64,000 bases of DNA from Eledone cirrhosa (Eukaryota): contig OZ024753.1 in assembly GCA_964016885.1 (NCBI GenBank), positions 39,680,001 through 39,744,000 on the forward strand. The letters are read 5' to 3'. Below, piece after piece: positions 13,701 through 27,007 of this stretch; position 1 is the first letter of the stretch; every line of letters starts with the position of its first letter. Position numbers and translations under genes: made by a program. The notes under the pieces were generated by a model. That model made no database searches. It had not been told where the DNA came from and saw only the letters and a program-made list of their open reading frames with translations.

Positions 13701-16544
13701 CGTTGACTTGAGATTATGTGAGTTAAAACCTTTACCAAAAATATACAAGAATAAACATAGTGCAATGTAAATGCTAAAGGGTTAAGTAATTAGTCTTTAA
13801 TATTAACATGTTTCTTTTAATTGCCAGAATCTCAAACCATTGAATATTGGAATAGCCACTGGAGAACAATGTCAAAATCGAATTATGTTCAAACAGTTTC
13901 TGCAAGGAAAAGCTATGGATTTTTGTCAAATAGACAGCTGTCGTCTTGGAGGAGTAAATGAAAACCTAGCAGTTATTTTAATGGCGGCAAAATTCAACAG
14001 TAAGAATGAAGAATAAAAAGCATATTAAATTTTGAAATAGGGGACTTTGGTGTAATAGTTGTTTCTGCTTTTGGCACACGGCCAGCAATTATTCCAGTAC
14101 ATTACTGGTACTTTATTTTATTGACCCCGTAAAGATGAAAGGCAACGTTAACCTCAACGGGATTTGAACTCAGACCGCAAAGGGACATAACTATGTTGGA
14201 AAGCATGGCGTCCGACCTTCTACTGATACTGCCAATTCACCGCCTTAGTGTATTAATAACAGGGGGTATAAACCCTCCTTCTTCACCCACTTATTGGCCA
14301 GACTGGGAATATATTCAATAAAAACCCTGTTTTACATATTTTTCATCATACACATTATTTAGCTATTAGATAACTCTGAAATTTAATATCACAATGCTTT
14401 AAATTACCCCCAAAATAATTCAAATTTCCCAGGCAATAGATACTCCTATTAAAATGTTATTTATATATAAGTATTGTTGTTTTTTAACACTTTAATGACT
14501 TTCTATCCTACTATAGTTCCTGTCTGTCCACATGCTGGAGGTGTCGGTCTGTGTGAGTTGGTGCAACACCTTTCAATATTTGATTATGTTTGTGTTTCTG
14601 GAAAACGCAGGTAATTTGTTTATATTTACTTTCCTTTCTGCTATAGAGGAGAATATATAGGATTATAGACGCATATTTATCTATCTATCTTTCTCTCCGG
14701 CCAACAACTGATTCTTTTTTTTCAAATATCACTTTGGAAGAAGAATCAGGATGGAGAGAGAGGTGCTGTACCCCAACAAGTTTTATAAAAGGTGGGTGAA
14801 AGTGGCAAGAATGGCCCGAGTGAATGGGCCTTCTCTCTATATCAGCCTGTAGGTTGAGGAAAAAGAGGAAGAGAGGAAAGGGGTACTCACTCTTCGTACT
14901 CCTGGAGATGAGGGTTGCACATTTTTTCGGGGGTATGTGTTACCCATATGAAATGTCTCCCCCTATTGGGGAAAATCGATTAATTTTTAAATTGCATTTG
15001 TGATAGTATTTTACACGTTTTTATTGTATGTAAACTTCCCCCTTTGTATTTGTGTCCTTCTTTTGTGCCCCTGTGGCTAATAAAGAAACATATTTATCTA
15101 TCTCTCTCTATATATGTGTGTATGTGTGTGTATATACATATAATTATCATCATCTACATTATTGTTTAAAGTCTGATTTCCCTGCTAGCAAGGGCTAGAC
15201 AAATCATCATAGATTGGTCAATACTCATGTGAAACCTTTCACTTCCAAGTCGGCTGGAGGGCTGACATATGATCCAGTGGTCCAACAAGCACATTTTGCT
15301 ATGGCACTAATCTATATATAGTAAAGTCCTCCTTTGGTCACAAATGGCTCTGGATTTGCACTTAATAAGCACATTATATCATGGCTCAAATACATACACA
15401 CACACATATATATATATAGACACACACACATATACATATATATATATAGTAAAGAAAAGACCCCTTTTAGTCACAAATGACTATGGGTTTTGCATCTAAC
15501 AATCACATTTTATCATGGCACTAATATATATATATATACATACATACATACAGTAAAGTAAAGATCCTTTAATCGCAAAGGACCATGGGTTTTGTACCTA
15601 GAAAGTTCCCCTTTAAGGAACATCAACTTTTCTATGCTGGCATGGGTTATATGAGACTTTTTGATGCAATGTTTTACAGCTGGTTGCTCTTCCTAACATC
15701 AACCCTTTTAATCACTTCTAACGACAGTAGAAATATGGTAATGAAAGGGTTAACTAAATCCCATTTCTATTTATTTCAGAGTTATAGAATATGTGGATCA
15801 CTTACATGAACATTTTGTAGATCCTGTTCAGATAAAGAGTGGACACTACCAAGTTCCATTAGTAAGTATTAATAACACCTTAATTTCGGAAACATTCTTT
15901 CATGCTCAGAGTTACTGAAGTATTGAACAAGCTACCTGCATTGGTTGTTAGCTGCTGGGACACTGCATCCCTCAAAACTTCTATACTTCTCGAAATTCGC
16001 CAATACCACACCTGATATTCCCCTTCCCTACACATGCATGCATGTATCTGTGTGTATATCATGGCTCATACACTGTTTACTTTACTGACATTTGTACATT
16101 ATTCTATGCAACTTTGATGAGTTGTAGTGCACCTGAGCACTGTATACAATCATTTTCATTATCATTATCTATATTACAATAGATTAATGGTGCATTACTA
16201 TTGCTTCCTGAGATTCGCCAACACTAAACCTAATATTCCCCCTCCATACACACACACACATGTATATCATGACTCATACACTATTCACTTCCCTGACATT
16301 TGTATATTATTCTATGTACTATACATGCACCTTTGATGAGTTGTAGTGCACCTGAGCACTGTACACAATCATTTTCATTATTATACGGCTGGTTTAAATG
16401 ACAGATGCTTCAATATCATTGTTTTATGATTTTCAGAAAGCTGGATACAGTTCTGAAATGAAGTCTTCGTCACTAGATGAATACGAATATCCCAATGGAA
16501 GTGAATGGCAAAAGCTTTTTGCAGAAGGTGTATACACCTCATGA
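4594..16544 (+). CDS. ENOSF1: Mitochondrial enolase superfamily member 1 / L-fuconate dehydratase, 16 exons, 440 aa
   Basis: Exons: 4594-4674, 6402-6504, 7011-7126, 7362-7448, 8012-8038, 8650-8690, 9748-9779, 10257-10295, 11238-11320, 12340-12374, 12588-12675, 13126-13260, 13828-13999, 14517-14610, 15780-15861, 16437-16544. All GT-AG, phases consistent, 1323 nt. Motifs: [75 protein letters not shown]. Confidence 0.96.
5950..6004 (-). ncRNA. Type I hammerhead ribozyme (left arm of fold-back)
   Basis: Reverse-complement copy of 6143-6197 with one difference in stem II. Confidence 0.85.
6143..6197 (+). ncRNA. Type I hammerhead ribozyme (right arm of fold-back)
   Basis: ACTGC-CTGAAGA-GGTCGCAGCCA/AGGA/TGGCTGTCACC-GAAA-TATATA-TA-GCAGT. 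Stems I and II pair, stem III is palindromic, predicted AUA cleavage after 6192. Confidence 0.85.
10311..10786. repeat. Compound (TA)n microsatellite, one of dozens in the window
   Basis: ~475 bp of TA with periodic CA, TCTGCA, CTG and TCCA interruptions. Confidence 0.95.
11479..12276 (-). mobile_element. Same RTE family 3' end with four 140-bp tandem units
   Basis: Contains [17 protein letters not shown], units spaced 140 bp (11582, 11722, ...) and a (GAT)n tail. Confidence 0.8.
12788..12947. mobile_element. hAT-type MITE
   Basis: TIRs CAGGGCCATCTTAA / TTAAGATGGCTCTG with a perfect 8-bp TSD AATGCTGT (12780-12787 and 12948-12955). Confidence 0.9.
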
Positions 16545-17154
16545 ATAAAAATACTTTATTTCAGCCCAGCTCGGGGAATACCAATGTAGTTGCCTGACCT
16601 GTTAGAAAGAACAGCCAGATACCCTGTCAATGGTATCATACTGGCATTATAAAGGAATAGAACTCATTGGACAAAATAATCCTACACATTCCCCAAAAGA
16701 TGGGAATGCCTTTGATCATAGTTCTGACCTGTGGTTAAACAACAACAACAACTACAATTTCTGCTTCTGTGATTAGAAAGAAAGAATTATATAAAATAAA
16801 AGTGATATTTTCTTGAAGCTTCGTTTTAATTAGTTAAATAATATTTAACAAAGTGTGGTAGATTTGCACAAACTGTAAGGTTTTGTAAAATCTATCTGTT
16901 GCTGGTCAAGTTGTTATATACTGTATTTAGGAAATGCTACAAGATTATCAAGTGTATAGAGGTCCTTAATTCTCTACAGAATTGTCTGTAGATAGAGCAG
17001 GTGAGAGAGAAAGAGATATATATATATACAAGGATAATTTAACAGACCTAAATGGCCAATTGGCTTTAAACAAGATAATAATGAGGTATGTCACCAACAT
17101 ACACATGTGTGGAATAAGAGTTGACAGAAAGATAATACAGGTGTCTTCTTCTTC

Positions 17155-17320
17155 ACCTATTTATTCCTGGGAGTGTTGTAGGGGCAGAGTCATGAAACAC
17201 TTCTTCCAGCGGGCCCTGTCAGAAGCAACTGTCTCTAATTGATGCAGCTGGATCCCCAAGCGAGACCAGTTTAGCTCATAGATGTTATCCAACCATCCTG
17301 CTTGGGGATCTCCTGCCAGT
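17155..17320 (-). mobile_element. RTE-like LINE extreme 3' fragment; related copies at 3913-4075(+), 10975-11135(-), 61760-61870(+)
   Basis: [31 protein letters not shown] resembles the RTE C-terminus; recurs in the window. Confidence 0.6.
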
Positions 17321-17616
17321 TGGATCTGTCTATCGATTCTTTCCTGAGACATTCTAATCACATGCTCATAATATCAGAACTGAGATCTCTCAATTCGGAG
17401 AAGTAACATCTCTAATTTGAAGTATCAAAAGAGTTAAACATTTCAATAAATGAAAGAATGTAAAACCACACAAAAATTGATAAATCTATTTATTAAACTA
17501 AGTAAAAAAAAATTTTTTAAACAATCAAGAAAAAAAAATGTTCCTTGGTCTTGTACAAAGAAGTTTAAAAAATTATGTATATTCGTAGATTTTAAACCAA
17601 GAAAAAAAAGAGAATG

Positions 17617-20599
17617 TTAAGATTTATTTTTTTCTTCCCCTATGCTTGGTGGATGTTCAAGGACGCTATCTATTAGACCAAATTCCAATGCTTGGGTTGG
17701 ACTCATGAATTTATCGGATTCCATATTTTTCTCTGAAAAACATAAAATATGTATATATGTATTATTTAGAATAACATTTGTTGTTTATAAAACAGGTAGT
17801 GAGTATATATATGTATGAGTTTAGAATTATAATATGTATGTGAATGAGTTTGTGAGTGTATATGTGTGTGGTTTTTAATATGATATGCAATAATAAGTGC
17901 ATATATGAGTTTAGAATTAGACTGTGTTTGTGTGTGTGTGTGGTTTTTAATAGGATATACAACAATGATTTCTGATTTAGACACAAGGCCAACAATTTTG
18001 AGGGAGGGGAAAGTCTATTAAATTAACCCCAGTGCATTACTGGTACTTTATTTTATTGCATCTGTAAGGATGAAAGGCAAAGCTAACCTTGGCAAGATTT
18101 GAAATCTGAACATAAAAGATTTAACTATATGCCGCAAAGTATATTGTTTCAACTTTCAAGGTGAAAACATAACCAAACGAAGGCTTAAGGACTATTGTTA
18201 AGTTACTCTACTTACCAATGTTTTCCAGAGGTTGTTTGGTGTGTTTTACATAAAGGTTATTCAGCTGTGATTTCAATTTGAGAATCTCTTCAGCATGGAT
18301 CATGATATCTGTTGCTTTACCCTGAACAACAAAAAGAAAATAGAATATTACAATACAAACTAAGTTTATGACATTCAGATAAATAAGACTTGCTAACGGA
18401 CAGGGAAGAAGTGTCAGTATATTTCATTTATGGTGCATTAAAAAGCTAAAGTAGAATACAAATAATATTGGTTTCTTACATAAACACAAGGCCACACATT
18501 TTTGAGTGAGAGATAAATCTATTAAGTCAATCACAAATTTGACAAGTACTTTATTTTATTGATTCCAGAATGATAAAAAGTAAACTAGAGTGTAACGAGA
18601 TTTGCACTCAACAGAAATAACCATAAATAAATACCACATATTCTTTTTTAAATATAAAAGTAAGGGAGACAACATTGGTCAGATTTCTGTCTTATTTTGC
18701 CTTCATCAGAGAAGTTTAACCTTACTATAGACATCTGTTTATTTGATACTCGATACAATAAATATACCAACATTCATCTACATAGCTTCTACGTAGTTAC
18801 TTAGCCTACTAGTAATAGCAGCCAAATACCAATCAAATTACACCTTACCATCTTAGAAAAGCAAAGAACATATTACACAGGAATAAGTTAGATGATACAT
18901 CTGCTCAATCAAAGCTGACCTGAGGTTAAACAACAACAATAACAGACACAATTATTGGATCTTATAGAAATGTATGCAATGAAATGTTATAGAAAAGTAT
19001 AATTACTTACACCGACTTGTCCTGAAGGTTGGTGAATCATAATTCTAGAATTTGGAAGTGAATGCCTCATCCCTGAAGTCCCTGCAGACAATAGTAAAGA
19101 CGCCATGCTACAGGCCTGACCAACACACCATGTGGCTATTGGTGGTTGCACATATTGCATTGTGTCATAAATACCAAGACCAGCTGTTACCGAGCCACCT
19201 GTAAGTGGAGAAATTTAATGAAACAAAGTTTAGGATACAGAACAGAGTTGAAGAGGTTTCCAGCATTAAAAGTGACGACATGTTTAAGAGTTCAATCAAA
19301 CTTCATGCTCCTTCTGCCTGGATTTGCAACCAGTAGATAGTATTAGCAATTGGAAAGACTGTTTCTTTTGGTTTGATTCACGAGTTCCACTCCACTTGTT
19401 AAGCGAATGTGGTCTGGGATCTTGTCGATAAAAGCTGTTTTATATATATATATATAACAAAGAAGGTGTAGTAAGATACCAGGTGGACCATAACGCACCA
19501 GAGTACTTGATACTTAGGGTAGTAGAGTGGGTAACATGAAAAGAGACAGGACCCCAACGGCTGAGTTCTGTCCGTTTCGACAGCTAGATCTGAACTAGCT
19601 GTTGAAACAGCCGAAGTTCAGCCGTTGGGGTCCTGACTCTGTTCGTATATCATCATCATCATCATCATTTAACGTCCGATTTTCCCTGCTTGCAAGGGTG
19701 GGACGGGAACTGATTCTGGCTTGATTTCTACAGCTGGATGCCCTTCCTAACACCAACCTCATTTACAGTGAGTGCTGGGTGCTTTTTTGCCGTGGCACCT
19801 CCACGTCCACTTTACAGTGGAATGATAGTAACCCCAGTCCCTATCATCTCATTTCTACAGCTGAGTAAACTGGAGCAATGTGAAATAAAGTGTCTTGCTC
19901 AAGGAAACAACACATCACCCGGTCTTAGAATTGAACTCACAACCTTTCGATTGCAAGGCCAATGCTCTATCCACTAAGCCATATATATATATATATATTG
20001 TAGTATCGCCTTACCTGGGCTATTGATGTACATATGAATGGCTTTCTTGCTACTCTCAGACTGTAAGAAAAGCAGCTGAGCAACAACGAGGCTGGATAAA
20101 TCATCATTGATCTGTGGAGAATAAATACAATCAGATAACAATATAAAACATTATGTGTGTGCGTGTGGATTACTGTTGCCCATGTGTAACACTTAGTGTG
20201 TCTGCATGCATGTGTGTGTGTATGTGTGACTAATTCTTCCTTCAAAACTCAGGATCTGGTGAATGAGGGATGTATATAAGTTAAAGTGACAGTCTTAGCT
20301 ACATATATATATATAGTATTAGTTATACTATTTATGGTTATGTAAACACAAAACCTTAAGCAGTTGTAAGTATTTTACACACACCCTAAATAGTGGTAGG
20401 CAGTAATGTATTGTTGACCCACAATGTTTGAATATGTATCAATGTTTGAATATGTATTGGTATGTCTCTCGGCTGAAAAGGAGGTCATATAACTGTCCAT
20501 GCATTAATAAATTGCTCCAAAGAATCCAAACCTCGGTTTGGAGGAAACAGCTGTAAGCACAATAATGTTTTGAACAGTTCTTTGATTCTTATATTTCAT

Positions 20600-20630
<31 letters not shown>

Positions 20631-22194
20631 GGTGACTGCCAACTCGTTTTCGAGTACGGCCACTACTTTATATCCATGTAGGAGAACCCCTACCGATGCG
20701 CTGAACGAATGTGACTTTTTAGTCCAGCCAGCGACTTGAAAACTCTGGTACAAAGACTACACTTGTGACCATTATTGACACATAGTGCAGGGCCCATGGT
20801 ACCATGTGACGACAAGTGCAGAGAGATCTCCAGATATAAAGCAATGCCTGTGCTGTGAAGCTTTTATAGTGAGCAAAGGCACTGCACAAAGCCAGTCCCA
20901 CTCTCTTAACCAAGATGATATTTACCAAAAAGAAGAACAAGTCAACATCATTGGATACCATCAGGGTTGTAGGTGTTATATCAGAGTTTTCCTTCTCCTA
21001 GAATTCTGCCTTGACAAAGGCTAAGGGGTCATCTCTCCCGGTGATTTTGGATGGCTATTGACTCTTAAGAGCTCCCTTGCCCTTTGACAGGTTTTGTTTT
21101 TAGTCCTGCAGGATGTCCAAAGTCACCCTCCTCACCAAGAAACCTTGGTGAGGTTGCCAGTTTAGTCGCCAACGACCTGACCATGAGACAGGTTGTACTG
21201 GGATACATGTTACCAGTAGCACCAACTGGTGACCTGACATAATATATATATATATATATATATATACATACATACACACATATATATATATATAGATACA
21301 TATATATGTGCATGTGTGTGTACATGTGTATGTGTGTGTCTATACTTATGTCCAGTAACTTAATAGTTCAACAAAGAGATCGATAAAATAAGTACCAATC
21401 TTGAAAAAAAACCCCACAGTACTGGGGTCAATATGACCAACTGACTCCCTTTAAGGCTAAAACCCAGCATGTACACCTGTAGACTGACTGAAAGGAGTAA
21501 CATTTATATTTAAAAAAGTATCACAATTATATATATAAGTAAATCCTTTTAAAATATTAAGAAAAAGATTATAAAAAGACATTAACATACCGGTCCCATT
21601 ATACAAATGATTCTTTCTTTCAAGAGTCGGGAGAAAATGTCATAAGCCCTTTCCCCTCTCCCTGTTGATTCAATGACAATAGGGACCATAGGATGACATG
21701 TCTTGGCTGACATATGAATGGCTTTCCGAAAGATGGAGCATTTCTGTGATGTGAAGGTCTGTTGGAAATAAAGAGAGAGAGAAAGAGAAAAAAATGAAAA
21801 GCACGGTCACATATACACACACACACACATATACCTGCATACATACACAAACACATTAAGTGTTGCACATAGGAAATAGGAACAATCACACATACACTCA
21901 CATGTATGCAAGCATACACACACTCAAAGAAAGGAAAGAACACATCTGTTGAAATGGCAAGAGCTCAGCTGTTGGGTTCTGACTCTTTATAATATATATA
22001 TGTGTGTGTGTGTATCTGACCCGGCTGTCCCTTCAATCTTTATAATTTCTCATTCTTTCTTCTGATGGAGGACTAGCATCCGAAACGTTAAGACCCTCTC
22101 CTTGCTATTTCAAGCGTTAACCTAATATATTCCTTCCATATACTGTACCGATTGTATTGCTATTTCTGTTTACCTTTTACACAAACATATATAT

Positions 22195-22227
<33 letters not shown>

Positions 22228-23537
22228 CACACGCATATATATATACATACACACACACACATATATATATATATACACACGCATATATATATACATACAC
22301 ACACACATATATATATATATACACACGCATATATATACATACACACACACATATATATATACATACACACACACACACACACATATATATATACATACAC
22401 ACACACATATATATATATACATTCACACACACATATATATATATAAAGGTACCATGACAAGCCTTGAATAGTTAACAAATGTAAAGATAACTAGAATCTA
22501 CAGTGTTTGTTGCTTAGACTCAGGTCAACCATAATCAAGCAAACAGACCTCTAATAAAAGGTCTTCAAGCTGAGAGCACCCGTGTATTTTTTTTCTGGCA
22601 TAATGTATCTAGGACTACATTATCTAATGTCCTTCCTCCACCAATTTCTTTTATAGAAAATATGGTGATTTGAGTGATGCGGCTGCTATTTCTAGTAATT
22701 CAAGCGACCATGTAGAGGGTCTATGGTAGCTAGCGGTATCATTGTTGTTTAGCCTAGAACTGTCCTTATTCAGCATAGCTATGACTAAGGAGATATCAAA
22801 AGCAAACATCCAATCTAGTCGTATATTTATTAATATAAATATATTATGTAATTTCTTTTTTCTTGAGGCTTAAGGTGCGTGGTTTGGCCACTATTTCTAG
22901 CAGACTATATAACCATATAGAGGCTCCCTTGTATTACGTAATGTTGAGCATTAAAAAGCGGAGATAAGACCGAGATCAGCTGGAAATAACCTGTAATAAT
23001 GCTGTCGTTGTATCCAGATTTACTTTTCAACTAAGATTAAGTACAACATATAATCTAGCCACGAAAGGAACATCCACGCACTCGCTCCAAATATTAGAAA
23101 TGGCAGTCAAATCTACCTTTGTCGGCTTAAATAAACAAGGGTACCTTATACAATGTAGTCTGATATAGAAAAAGATGAAATATATACGTCAGGAACATAT
23201 TTGATAATAAGCATACTCGTCATTGAACTAAGCAAAATACAACTGCTTCTTCATAGCTTTATATTAATATTACATTCTTGTTAAAGCAGTAATAACATTG
23301 GTAAATTATTTATCTTCTTGTTAGCATGCATTCCTATCGTGTTTGCAATGTGTTAAACAATTATCAACATATATTTCATAATAAAAGAAAACGGAGTAAA
23401 TAAATATATTTGTAAACAAGTAAAACAAGGAATTTAAACTATTTTAAATGTGTTTTTATAATGGATAGAAACTATGTTATATAAACATTACCAATGACAA
23501 ACTAACGTAAATTTCGTTACGAGGTTAAATATGTATG

Positions 23538-23602
<65 letters not shown>

Positions 23603-23604
23603 TG

Positions 23605-23636
<32 letters not shown>

Positions 23637-23680
23637 GATAAAGCAAATAGATAAACAATTACCATATATCGTAACAACAT
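17617..23680 (-). CDS. CLPP: Mitochondrial ATP-dependent Clp protease proteolytic subunit, 6 exons, 230 aa
   Basis: Exons in transcript order: 23680-23663 (MLLRYM, least certain), 21758-21591, 20111-20015, 19198-19011, 18321-18216, 17732-17617. Motifs: [48 protein letters not shown] (catalytic Ser), RIMIHQP (His), MESDKFM (Asp). The basic N-terminus looks like a mitochondrial presequence. Confidence 0.94.
22058..22093 (+). ncRNA. Minimal hammerhead variant (sister copy at 5188-5223, -)
   Basis: TCTT-CTGATGGA-GGA-CTAGCA-TCC-GAAA-CG-TT-AAGA. The sister copy has CTGATGCA. The flanks (5101-5230 vs 22040-22160) are homologous. Confidence 0.55.
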
Positions 23681-25669
23681 TATTTGATAAATATTCTTAA
23701 TAAACACGTGAATAATTGGAACCTGAACTGGATTTACAGCAACACCGGTTTAGTTGAAGCGGTGTATGGGGGAAAGGTGTCACCGAGATGTTTTTTAATT
23801 ATTACATGCTTTTTTTAAAAAACGTGATTATGGAGCCCATAGGTTAGTGGTTCAGGCGCTGCATCCTTCAGCAAGATACTTTATTTCATGTTTCTTCCGT
23901 CCAATAAGCTGGAATAAATAAGATATACCCGTAATTCAAGGAGCCAGCCTTGTCACACATTGTGTCACCCCGAATCTCCATGGAAGCTACGTTAAGAGTA
24001 TACGTGATTGGAAAATGCTCAGCCACTTACTCGTTAATTTCATGGGCAAGCAGTTCCGTTAAATGAATCAACAAGAGCACTCGTCGTCGGAAACAACGGA
24101 GGTCACACAACAACAATACGCGATTCCAAAGCGAAATCTGTAATTGTACAAGCAGATCCCTTCAGTTACCGACATGCCGAATCTACAATACAAGTTTGAT
24201 TCCTGGATGAGTTAGTTCGTTTAAATTACTATACATTCTTGCATTGTGCAATATATCAAAGCCACTTTATTTTTGGTATAATTCAGGGTTTATGACCGGT
24301 TAATTTAGTACTAGATACACTCTGTCTGAAAATAAGGTAGGGTAGTTTAGAGCTAGAGAAGCTCAGTCCATATGTCTGCTTGAATAGAGCTGACCTGGAG
24401 TTACACAACAACAACAAACATAATTGTTCTTGTCAACAAGATAGCCTCCTCATGGTCCCTCTACTTGCTACAGAAAGCAGCTAGATATCCTTCCAACTCA
24501 CACCCTGCTGTCTTGTAAAAGAATAAAGTGTAATCAAAGATACATGACTATGTGCATTTTTCGTGGCACCTACGCTACACTATTACAGTTTGGGCTTGGT
24601 GTATTCTATCCAGCACTACACCTTTACAGTGTGGGCTGGGCATATTCTATTGTGGTACGAGCACTACCACTTTCCGTGTGGGCTGGGTGTATTTTACCAT
24701 GGCACCAGTTATTACCATAGTTTTCATGTACCGTGTATTTAGGACTACTTTGTACAATCTGTCCAGAGAAACTTTTGTTTATAAGTCTGCTCAGCCAGGG
24801 CTCAGCTGGAGCTAAACACCAAACAAGAATGAATATTTGTATAGCCCTGGGTCATTCTTGATTGAGCAACTTTAATCAAACATAAAGCAGCTATGACCAT
24901 TTTGTCTTTATATACCTGACTAAATTGTTTAACTTGGCCGACGTTATTTACTTTTTTGAGATGTTAGGTTGTGTTTCGGAGAAAATGTGTGTGTTATTTC
25001 TAGCAAGTCAAGCAACTACTTAGAGTCTCTATCATTAGCTGAAGAGCTTTGATAATCTATTTGTAGCTGTTTTGGTGAATAGTTAAGGTAGTTAATGTTG
25101 GTTCGTGTGACAGAAATATTTGATCATATCCCCACAAACAAGTGGATGAATGTAGTGGTAGTGGTAGTAGTAGTAGTTTTTCCTGGTGAAGTTTCGTTTG
25201 TGGATGCAAATTCCTTTGCAAATTAAAAGGAAAATATATTTGTAAATAGAAATAAAAAATAACAAATATAACAAAACGAATGTTGAAGTTTCACGTAGCT
25301 TGTGTGTAGCATATATTCTTTATTATAATTATTATACTTCACAAACTTTATATCACAGTTTTAAGGAAACATGTTAAAATTAAAAAAAATATATATAATC
25401 ATAGCAAGTTGTCACAATTATATTAACAACCTTTATTGAAATGTGTTATATGTTATGGATGTGTGCAATGTTATGTTATGGATGTGTGCTATGTATCTGT
25501 ATGTTAAATGTTAATTAATCAATGTCTATGAAATCAAAATATTTAGCAATAAAGAAGCAATAACAGTAAAAATTATTATCATTATTTTTCTCTAAGATTA
25601 CATAACATAATCTATAAAAACAATGAAGATATTTTACTAATTAATAAATATAGCAATAAAATATTAACA

Positions 25670-26600
25670 ATGGTTCTAATTAAGGCCCAAGGGCCAGCAA
25701 TTTTGTGGGGAGGTGGGGCAAGTGGATTAAATCAACCCCAGTATATGACTGGTACTTTATTTTATTGACCCTGGAAGGATGAAAGGCAAAGTTGATCTCA
25801 GTGGGATTTGAACTCAAAATGAAACATGCCCTAATGATTCTGACAATCCATTGCTTTCAAATAGTTTCTAATTTAGGCACAAAGACAGCAATTTAGGGGG
25901 GGGGGGGGGGTAAGGAAAGTCAATTAAACAACTACCCCCATCCCCCAGTATTTAACTGGTACTTTATTTTATTGACTTCAAAAGCATTTCATTTTTCCTG
26001 ATGATCTAATCACTCTATTACCCCACCACTTAATTATAATAGTTTCTTATTTAGGCACAAGGCCGGAAATTTGGGAAGTGGGGATGTAAAGTCGATTAAA
26101 TCAACCCCAGTGCGTAACTGGTGCTTTATTTTATCGACCTCGTAGGGATAAAAGGTAAAGTTAACCTCGGCAGGATTTGGACTCAGAACCTAGAGAGCCA
26201 TATCTATATGCCACAAGGCATGTTATTTGATGCTTTACCAACCCACCCAATCCACTGCCCTAATAATCCACCTCACCTTAATAATAATAATGTTTCTTTT
26301 ATAATTGTTTCTACTTTTGGCACAAGGCCAGCAATTATTCCAGTACATTACTGGTACTTTATTTTATCGACCCCGTAAGGATGAAAGGCAAAGTTAAATA
26401 ATTGTTTCTACTTTAGGCACAAGGCCAGCAATTACCCAGTGCATTACTGGTACTTTATTTTATCGACCCCGTAAGGATGAAAGGCAAAGTCAACCTCGGC
26501 GGGATTTGAACTCAGATCATAAAGGGTCGTAACTATGCTGGAAAGCATGGCGTCTGACCCTCCACCGATACTGCCAATCCACGGCCCCAAGGCAAAGTTA
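25670..26600 (-). repeat. Cluster of ~5 co-oriented full or partial copies of the second SINE family
   Basis: GGCACAAGGCCAGCAATT...ACTGGTACTTTATTTTAT recurs at ~25683, 25875, 26053, 26319, 26415. Confidence 0.8.
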
Positions 26601-26937
26601 AATAATAATGGTAAGCTTGGTTATTTAGTCAAGTTAAAAGGAGGGGCTGCAGCAAACATATGTTGTATCATTCATGCTTAAAACTATCACAACCTAGAAA
26701 TTGAAACTTTGTCAATTGATGATGATGATGATGATAGTAGCAATTGTTTATTAGAATTTTCATTTGCTTTTACACACATATATATAAATGTATATAAATG
26801 TATATATATATATTTGTATATATATGTGTATATTTATAGTTTAGGGATTGTAACATCAAGTTACTGTTGGTACTTGAGTGAGCACTCAATGCATAGTCTC
26901 AAGTATGTACTTTGGGGTTGTACTAAGCAGAGTGTAA

Positions 26938-27007
<70 letters not shown>

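Noticed and set aside
18675-18715. CTGATGA...GAAA on the minus strand (similar case at 44360-44385)
   Set aside because: Stems I-III do not pair convincingly.
19738-19977. Recurrent [14 protein letters not shown]... in five places
   Set aside because: Antisense translation of a young SINE.
24120-24175. Alternative CLPP first exon (MSVTEG...)
   Set aside because: The longer reading ends in the wrong phase and is not presequence-like; 23680-23663 fits better.
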